A stretch of 63,461 nucleotides of DNA, counting the filler, from Candidatus Babelota bacterium (GTDB taxonomy: Bacteria > JAGOBX01): NCBI GenBank assembly GCA_017999075.1. It is 8 parts of 8 records of this genome, joined end to end, with 100 filler letters (N's around TTAATTAATTAA, not from the genome) between each part and the next. Parts side by side here need not be neighbours in the genome. Positions count along the whole stretch, not along the records: positions 56,800 to 60,081 come from JAGOBX010000469.1; positions 60,182 to 63,461 come from JAGOBX010000470.1; 6 more parts are not named here. One strand, written 5' to 3'. Under the pieces are notes generated by a model. That model was not told where the DNA came from, searched no databases, and worked only from the letters and a program-made list of their open reading frames with translations. Both the position numbers and the translations under genes were made by a program. Shown piece by piece: positions 57,679-63,461 of this stretch; position 1 is the stretch's first letter; each line of letters begins with the position of its first letter.

Positions 57679-58773
57679 ATGTTGAAAAATAGAAGCGGTT
57701 TGTTCGTTAAATTAATTCTTCCTTTTATAATTATTATTTTATTGATAAATTTAATAAATATACTTTTTATAGGAAAAATAATCAGTATTCATCTTCATCA
57801 GGAAACAGGATACAAGATAAGCGAGTTTGAAATAAAAGAGATGCTCATAAAATTTTTTTTATTGGTAACATTTCTTTCTACTTTTATGATAATTTTTGTT
57901 TATTCGTATTTTATACGAAAACATATAGTTAAACCGATTTATAAAATAATATCTGCTATGCGGAACATAGGTGCAGGAAATACTGAGTATAAAATCGCAG
58001 TTGACAGGATAGATGAATTCGGTGAACTGCAAAATCAGTTTAATAAAATGATGATTAGTTTGAATACATTGAATATGGAACTTGAAAATATAAGAGAAAA
58101 AAATTTTCAATTTGAAAAACTGCAGATTTTGTCAAACCTTTCAAGCGGCATTTCTCACGAAATAAATAATCCGGTAAATAATATTTCATTGCTGCTTGAG
58201 GTATTGGAAAAATACAGCAATCATAATGATAAAATTTTGGATTTGAAAAATAAAATTGATTGTGAAATTTCAAAAATATCCGGAATAACTGCTAAATTCA
58301 GCGAATTTTCGAGAATACCCTTTCAGGATAAAGAAGAAGTGCAGATAGAACAGTTTATAAATGAAATATCTCAAATGCTGGCATTTAGTTTTAGAACAAA
58401 AAAGTTTGAATTTAATTTTATAAATAATTCTAAAAATGAAAAAATAAAAATTTTTAAAGAACCAGTTAAGTTTATTTTAATTAATCTTATTAAAAATGCA
58501 ATAGAATCTATCTCTGATTTTGACGGAAAAATAAGTGTTATATTATCTTTTTTTAATAAAAAATATGTATTTGAAGTAATTGATAACGGTTCAGGGATTA
58601 ATGAAACGGATAAGGAAAAATTATTTGTTCCATTTTATACAAGTAAAAAAAATGGATCAGGATTGGGACTTTCAATATCTAAAAAAATGGTTGATTTATG
58701 CAATGGTACAATATCTGCCGAGAATAACAATTTAGCTGCCGGCGCTAAATTTATTGTTGAGCTGCCTTTATGA
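57679..58773 (+). CDS. HAMP-domain sensor histidine kinase
   Basis: 2 TMs, HAMP (DEFGEL...FN.M), H-box SHEINNP, N-box NLIKNA, DNGSGI, PFYTSK..GSGLGL. Confidence 0.9.
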   Translation: MLKNRSGLFVKLILPFIIIILLINLINILFIGKIISIHLHQETGYKISEFEIKEMLIKFFLLVTFLSTFMIIFVYSYFIRKHIVKPIYKIISAMRNIGAGNTEYKIAVDRIDEFGELQNQFNKMMISLNTLNMELENIREKNFQFEKLQILSNLSSGISHEINNPVNNISLLLEVLEKYSNHNDKILDLKNKIDCEISKISGITAKFSEFSRIPFQDKEEVQIEQFINEISQMLAFSFRTKKFEFNFINNSKNEKIKIFKEPVKFILINLIKNAIESISDFDGKISVILSFFNKKYVFEVIDNGSGINETDKEKLFVPFYTSKKNGSGLGLSISKKMVDLCNGTISAENNNLAAGAKFIVELPL

Positions 58774-60023
58774 AACTATTTCTATCAGAATTTATAATCT
58801 GTTTTTTTTTGTTGACATCTGTTTTTTTTAATGTGATTTTTTCTCAAAATATTAAATTGGGTTTTATGTATGAAAAATCTGAAAATTATAGTCATTTATT
58901 GAATCCGTTGGTATATATATATAATGCCGATAATGAAAAAAATATTTTGTTTTCCAGAAAATTTTCAGGGAAAAATGAAAATAAAATTGAAGTTTTATAT
59001 CCTCTTTACTCATATATTAATAATTACTATAAAACAGAATCGCAGTTATTGGGAATTTTTAATATAACAAAATATAAAAATCATCCGGATGGAGAAGATG
59101 ATTCGGATTATATTTTTTTTCCTGCGGCAATGGCGGGAAAAGATAAGAAAAAATGGTCGTATTTCTGTTTGTTTCCATTAGCGGGAAACTTAAAAGGTAA
59201 ACTCGGCAAAGATGAAATATCTTTTGTATTGTTTCCTTTTTACATGAAGACTGTTTATAAAAATATTTTTGTTAAACACTATCTTTATCCATTTATTGCA
59301 AACGGGTATTCTGATAATGAAAAAAATTATTCATATAAAAAAATTTTTCCTTTTTATTCCGAAGAAAAATATAAAAATAAAACGTCTAAAAATTTTTTAT
59401 GGCCGTTTTATAATTTTGAGGAAATAATTGAATCTGATGGAACGGTTTTTAAATCTTTTAATATTTTCCCTTTTTATGGAATTGAAAATAATAAAAATGG
59501 AAAATATATCTCTTATTTTTATCCTCTTATAAAATATAAACAGAATAATCATAAAGAATATTTTTCTGTTTTTCCGTTTTATGAACATATCAGGGATAAG
59601 AATTTTTTTAAAGAAAATTATTTTTTTTTATATGGAAAAACTGTTTTTTTTGAAAAAAATATTAAAAAAAAATATTATTTGTTTCCTATTATAACTGAAT
59701 ATAAGGATGATCGTTCAAATATTTATAGATTAAATATTATTCCATTTTATAAAAAATATAGGGATATGGAAAATGAAATTTTTCAGGTTTTTCCAATTGT
59801 AAAAATTAAAAAAAAATATGGGAAAACAACGGGTTTGCATCTTTTTGCATTTGATATGTTTCTTCGTGAAACTTCTGTAGAAAAAAATTATGCCAGATTT
59901 TGGAGATTATTTAATTATACGAATGAAAACAAATTGATAAAATTTGACGGATTTTATAAAACAATCAGTTATGTTAAAAATGATGAATCTATGAAGCTTT
60001 CAGTATTTCCCCTATTTACTTAG
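58770..60023 (+). CDS. Exported aromatic-rich protein with [FWY]P[FL][YF] repeats
   Basis: Signal-like N-terminus; about 15 copies of xPFY/xPLY-like motifs, typically 15-20 aa apart. Confidence 0.65.
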   Translation: MKLFLSEFIICFFLLTSVFFNVIFSQNIKLGFMYEKSENYSHLLNPLVYIYNADNEKNILFSRKFSGKNENKIEVLYPLYSYINNYYKTESQLLGIFNITKYKNHPDGEDDSDYIFFPAAMAGKDKKKWSYFCLFPLAGNLKGKLGKDEISFVLFPFYMKTVYKNIFVKHYLYPFIANGYSDNEKNYSYKKIFPFYSEEKYKNKTSKNFLWPFYNFEEIIESDGTVFKSFNIFPFYGIENNKNGKYISYFYPLIKYKQNNHKEYFSVFPFYEHIRDKNFFKENYFFLYGKTVFFEKNIKKKYYLFPIITEYKDDRSNIYRLNIIPFYKKYRDMENEIFQVFPIVKIKKKYGKTTGLHLFAFDMFLRETSVEKNYARFWRLFNYTNENKLIKFDGFYKTISYVKNDESMKLSVFPLFT

Positions 60024-60081
60024 TCAAAAAATAACGATGATGGCCAAACTGTTTTAAAAATATTATTCGATACAATTAAAT

Positions 60082-60181
60082 NNNNNNNNNNNNNNNNNNN
60101 NNNNNNNNNNNNNNNNNNNNNNNNNTTAATTAATTAANNNNNNNNNNNNNNNNNNNNNNNNNNNNNNNNNNNNNNNNNNNN
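60082..60181. other. Artificial contig linker
   Basis: N44-TTAATTAATTAA-N44. Confidence 0.98.
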
Positions 60182-60182
60182 G

Positions 60183-60347
60183 ATTATTCCTCATATTCGC
60201 AAAATAATTAAATCCGGCGGTAACGCTTATTTTGAGATATCTGAAACTATACTTAACGATATTGAATCTTTTTTGTCCAATAATTTTGAATATAAAATAT
60301 TTTTTAATTTTAATAATAAACCTAATGTCCTAAAAATTTCATTATGA
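60183..60347 (+). CDS. Probable PrmC/HemK methyltransferase, C-terminal fragment (not in ORF track)
   Basis: IIPHIRKIIKSGGNAYFEIS...FNNKPNVLKISL*; the TGA overlaps the uppP ATG. Confidence 0.5.
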   Translation: MIPHIRKIIKSGGNAYFEISETILNDIESFLSNNFEYKIFFNFNNKPNVLKISL

Positions 60348-61150
60348 TTATAAAAGCTATTATTCTCGGAATTATTCAGGGATTAACCGAATTCCTGCCA
60401 ATATCATCAACAGCTCATCTTATAATAATCGAAAAATATCTTTTCCTTTCAGAAAATATACCTTTTGTGAATATGTTTAAAGTTGTAATACAATCAGGAT
60501 CTATTATTGCAGTAATTATTTATTTCAGAAAAAAAATAATTCCTCAGCCGAATTTGATAAAACATTTTTCTTTTCGAGACAGGTATATTCAGTTATGGCT
60601 GAAAATATGTCTGGCTTTTTTTCCTGCAGCAGTTGCAGGTTTATTATTTTCAGATAAAATCGACGAATTGTTTGAAAAACCTGTGCCTATAGCGTATGCT
60701 CTTATTTTTGGAGCTTTACTTCTTTTATTCGCCGAAAAAAAATCCGAAAAAAATACAGTTATATATGATGAACACAATATTTCTTTCATTAAAGCATTTA
60801 TAGTAGGAATATTTCAATGTCTTGCACTATGGCCAGGAATGTCAAGATCAGGTTCTACAATAATAGGCGGATTTTTCCTTGGTTTTTCAAGAAAAGCCGC
60901 AGCGGAATTTTCTTTTTTTCTTTCAATTCCGACAATAATAGGAGCAAGTTCATATAAACTTTTTAAAACTTTAAATGACGGATTAATTCTTTCTCAATCA
61001 GAATGGATTACTCTTGCAGCAGGAACTCTTGTTTCTTTTATTGTCGCATATGCGGTAATAGCTTTATTCATGAATTTCATAAGGAAAAATAATTTATATG
61101 TTTTTGCTTATTATAGAATTATTTTGGGTATACTGGTTTTAATATTCTAA
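60344..61150 (+). CDS. uppP: Undecaprenyl-diphosphate phosphatase
   Basis: GIIQGLTEFLPISSTAHL, ALWPGMSRSGSTI, AAEFSFFL.IP, FAYYRI. Confidence 0.95.
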   Translation: MIIKAIILGIIQGLTEFLPISSTAHLIIIEKYLFLSENIPFVNMFKVVIQSGSIIAVIIYFRKKIIPQPNLIKHFSFRDRYIQLWLKICLAFFPAAVAGLLFSDKIDELFEKPVPIAYALIFGALLLLFAEKKSEKNTVIYDEHNISFIKAFIVGIFQCLALWPGMSRSGSTIIGGFFLGFSRKAAAEFSFFLSIPTIIGASSYKLFKTLNDGLILSQSEWITLAAGTLVSFIVAYAVIALFMNFIRKNNLYVFAYYRIILGILVLIF

Positions 61151-61172
61151 TTTTTCGGAGGATAATTGCAAT

Positions 61173-62003
61173 ATGGCAAATTTTGTTTTTAATGTTTCAA
61201 CTGAAAATTTTTATGAAGGAGTTGTTCAAAAATCATCTGCAACACCTGTTCTTGTAGAATTCTGGTCAGAACGTTTTAATGGGAGCAAAATATTAAAACA
61301 AACTTTAATCAAAATAACAAATGAATTAAACGGCAAACTTCTGTTAGGTCTTGTCAATGTTGACGAAGAACAGCAGATAGCAGCTTATCTTCAGCTTACT
61401 ACTGTTCCTGACGTAAAATTATTTATTAGTGGAAACGTTGCAGATGAATTTTCCGGTGCGTTAACTGAACAGCAGGTCAAAAATTTTTTAAAAAAATATG
61501 TTGTTTCAGAAACAGAAAATTCTTTAGATTCAATAAAAGAAAAAATAAAAAAACTGGATATTGACGGAATTGAAACAGAATTATTGAACATGTATAAAAA
61601 AGATAAGAATAATGATAAAATATCTATTTGTCTTATAAAATACTTTTTGTTAACAGGAAACATAGAAAAAGCAGATGAAATTTCTCAGAATATAGTAGAT
61701 TCAGACGCTAAATTTCTTATTGAAGCAATCGATTATTGGAAATTACATGAAAAATTAGACACTATAAACTTTAAAAAACACAAATCTGAAACTTATGAAG
61801 ATAAACTTTTATATTCATTATTTCTAATAAAAGAACAGAAAGATTTCAAATCAGCTTTAGAACAATTATCAGAACTGGTTTCATTAAATAAAAATTATAA
61901 CAATCAAATCGCAAGAAAAGCTATGGTATCGATATTTACAATACTCGAATCAGGTCCGTTAGTCGAATCATTTAGAAATAAACTTTATAATTTAATTTTT
62001 TAA
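61173..62003 (+). CDS. YbbN/CnoX-like thioredoxin-TPR chaperone lacking active-site cysteines
   Basis: S...PVLVEFWSERFNGS, VNVDEEQQIA, F.GA, C-terminal ARKAM..IF..L...FR..L..L.F. Confidence 0.8.
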   Translation: MANFVFNVSTENFYEGVVQKSSATPVLVEFWSERFNGSKILKQTLIKITNELNGKLLLGLVNVDEEQQIAAYLQLTTVPDVKLFISGNVADEFSGALTEQQVKNFLKKYVVSETENSLDSIKEKIKKLDIDGIETELLNMYKKDKNNDKISICLIKYFLLTGNIEKADEISQNIVDSDAKFLIEAIDYWKLHEKLDTINFKKHKSETYEDKLLYSLFLIKEQKDFKSALEQLSELVSLNKNYNNQIARKAMVSIFTILESGPLVESFRNKLYNLIF

Positions 62004-62078
62004 TTTTTGTAATATAATCAGATTTTTAAGATTTTACATTAACGCATTATGCGTTTTAAAATAAAAGGAGGATATGAA

Positions 62079-62858
62079 ATGGCTAATATTTACCATATCA
62101 ATTTAAACAAGCAGATGATTAAAAATGCAAAAGTTGCTTTAATTCCAGGAGATCCTGCCCGTGTAATAAAAATCGCTAAAGCTTTAAGCGGTAAAAGCTC
62201 AGAACTTGCATTTAACAGAGAATACAGAACATGGATTGTTCCTGTCAGCAAAACCGATAATATACTTGTAACATCTACGGGAATAGGAGGTCCATCTGCT
62301 ACCATAGCAATTGAAGAACTCGCTTATCTCGGAGTAAAAGTTTTTGTCAGAGTCGGCACTACAGGTTCAATTCAAAAAAATTTAAAAGTCGGAGATATAG
62401 CTATTACAAACGCATCAGTACGTTTGGATGGATCATCAACTCATTACGCTCCTATAGAATATCCGGCAGTATCTGATTTTCAGGTAACAAGAATACTTGC
62501 AGAAAGTGCTGAATCAGCCAAAATTTCCTATAAAATAGGTATTACTGCTTCTTCTGATACATTTTATCCTGGCCAAGAACGATATGATTCATATAGCGGT
62601 TATGTTATAAAACGCTTTCAGGGAACAATGAAAGAATGGCAGAAATTAAATGTTCTTAACTATGAAATGGAATCATCTTCTGTCTTAACTGCATGTTCGG
62701 CATTAGGACTTAAAGCTGGTTGTATTGCAGGAGTAATAGTAAACCGTGCTTCATCTGAAAAAATCAACCATGATGATGTAGTTAGAGCTGAAAACAATAC
62801 AATTAAAATTGTTGAAAAGTCTTTAGACAAACTGATTCAGCTTTCAAAACAAAAATAA
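62079..62858 (+). CDS. udp: Uridine phosphorylase
   Basis: YHI, PGDP.RV, REY, STGIGGPS..IA.EEL, RVGTTG, SDTFYPGQER, NYEME; RBS AGGAGG before the ATG at 62079. Confidence 0.93.
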   Translation: MANIYHINLNKQMIKNAKVALIPGDPARVIKIAKALSGKSSELAFNREYRTWIVPVSKTDNILVTSTGIGGPSATIAIEELAYLGVKVFVRVGTTGSIQKNLKVGDIAITNASVRLDGSSTHYAPIEYPAVSDFQVTRILAESAESAKISYKIGITASSDTFYPGQERYDSYSGYVIKRFQGTMKEWQKLNVLNYEMESSSVLTACSALGLKAGCIAGVIVNRASSEKINHDDVVRAENNTIKIVEKSLDKLIQLSKQK

Positions 62859-62859
62859 A

Positions 62860-63461
62860 ATGAAAATAAATAAATTCCGGGAGTTTCAATATTCCGGTTT
62901 TTTTTATGGCAGCGGAATCAGATCAAATACAGAAATATCCGGATGGATATTAAAAATATTTATTGCCTGTATTGTTTCTATTATATTAGGCAATTTGACT
63001 AATACCCCTGATATTTTAACACTTGTATTCGTTACATTATTATGTTTGCAGCCGACAGTACTCGGAGGAATCAGAATCGGATTACAGCAGATAATTTCGG
63101 CGACAATATGTTCTCTATTAACCATATTTTTGCTGAAATTTCTGCATCCTGTTCTTGCTGTTTCTTTTTCAATGGTTTTAATTTCACTAATTATTATAAA
63201 ATCAAATAAAGAATACTTATTCCCAATAGCTTATTTTTCAGTTTTATATATAGGAACACTCGGCAAAAATAATCCGGAATTTTTTTTTACTCAACGCATA
63301 ACCCATTTGTTCATAGGAATCCCTGTTGCTGCAATCCTGAATTATTTTTTCGGAATATATGACTATAAAAATAAACTTTTAAAACGCATAATCAACATAA
63401 GGTTTATTGTTTTTGAAAAATCTTCAGAGCTGCTTAAAGCTCTCAGTTCAAGAGATAAAAA
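62860..63461 (+). CDS. FUSC / aromatic acid exporter family membrane protein, 3'-truncated (not in ORF track)
   Basis: Open frame MKINKF...WILKIFIA...LCLQPTV..G...G.Q...R...LFIGI..A.ILNY to the window end. The start site is uncertain. Confidence 0.65.
   Translation, partial: MKINKFREFQYSGFFYGSGIRSNTEISGWILKIFIACIVSIILGNLTNTPDILTLVFVTLLCLQPTVLGGIRIGLQQIISATICSLLTIFLLKFLHPVLAVSFSMVLISLIIIKSNKEYLFPIAYFSVLYIGTLGKNNPEFFFTQRITHLFIGIPVAAILNYFFGIYDYKNKLLKRIINIRFIVFEKSSELLKALSSRDK

Noticed and set aside
3304-60181. Seven identical TTAATTAATTAA elements flanked by N runs, resembling a repeat family
   Set aside because: These are artificial six-frame-stop contig linkers. ORF-track entries containing X residues or ending in LIN/N are artefacts, and synteny across the linkers is meaningless.
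671-63125. Numerous 60-146 aa ORFs antisense to or nested in long genes (e.g. 4290-4559, 4674-5114, 16627-16992, 37652-37960, 62904-63125)
   Set aside because: These are shadow ORFs overlapping well-supported genes, with no recognisable motifs.

Overview
This window is not one contiguous locus. It is eight draft-assembly contig pieces (1-3303, 3404-18883, 18984-34432, 34533-49928, 50029-53314, 53415-56699, 56800-60081, 60182-63461) joined by artificial 100-nt linkers (N44-TTAATTAATTAA-N44), so gene order across linkers is meaningless. The DNA is very AT-rich, gene-dense and bacterial, read with the standard code (TGA, TAA and TAG all used as stops). The organism is probably a diderm anaerobe: it has a PorV-like barrel, a T9SS-type C-terminal domain, DUF748, several cobalamin-dependent radical SAM enzymes and an archaeal-like GTP PEP carboxykinase. 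Housekeeping genes include dapL, acyl-CoA dehydrogenase, leuS, prfB with its +1 programmed frameshift, ftsEX, uppP, udp and speB plus a DHS-like gene. There are also many surface-glycan modification genes. No rRNA, tRNA, CRISPR array or mobile element was seen. The most unusual elements are: (1) a catalytically dead RecB/AddB/Cas4-like PD-(D/E)XK domain that keeps its four Fe-S cysteines, fused to an intact GGEEF diguanylate cyclase, in a run with a PIN-PhoH gene and an orphan microcompartment vertex gene; (2) a cassette of a small YIDPG peptide, a kinase-like/methyltransferase fusion (NoeA-like), an LTA-synthase/sulfatase-fold transferase and a transglutaminase-like protein; (3) a >2250-aa surface protein with an ~825-aa internal duplication, two HLS/HFS putative autoproteolysis domains and a T9SS-like tail, followed directly by a PorV-TPR fusion; (4) a branched-sugar cluster with split transketolase subunits and an epimerase-GT2 fusion. 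All family assignments come from motif recognition by eye, without database searches.
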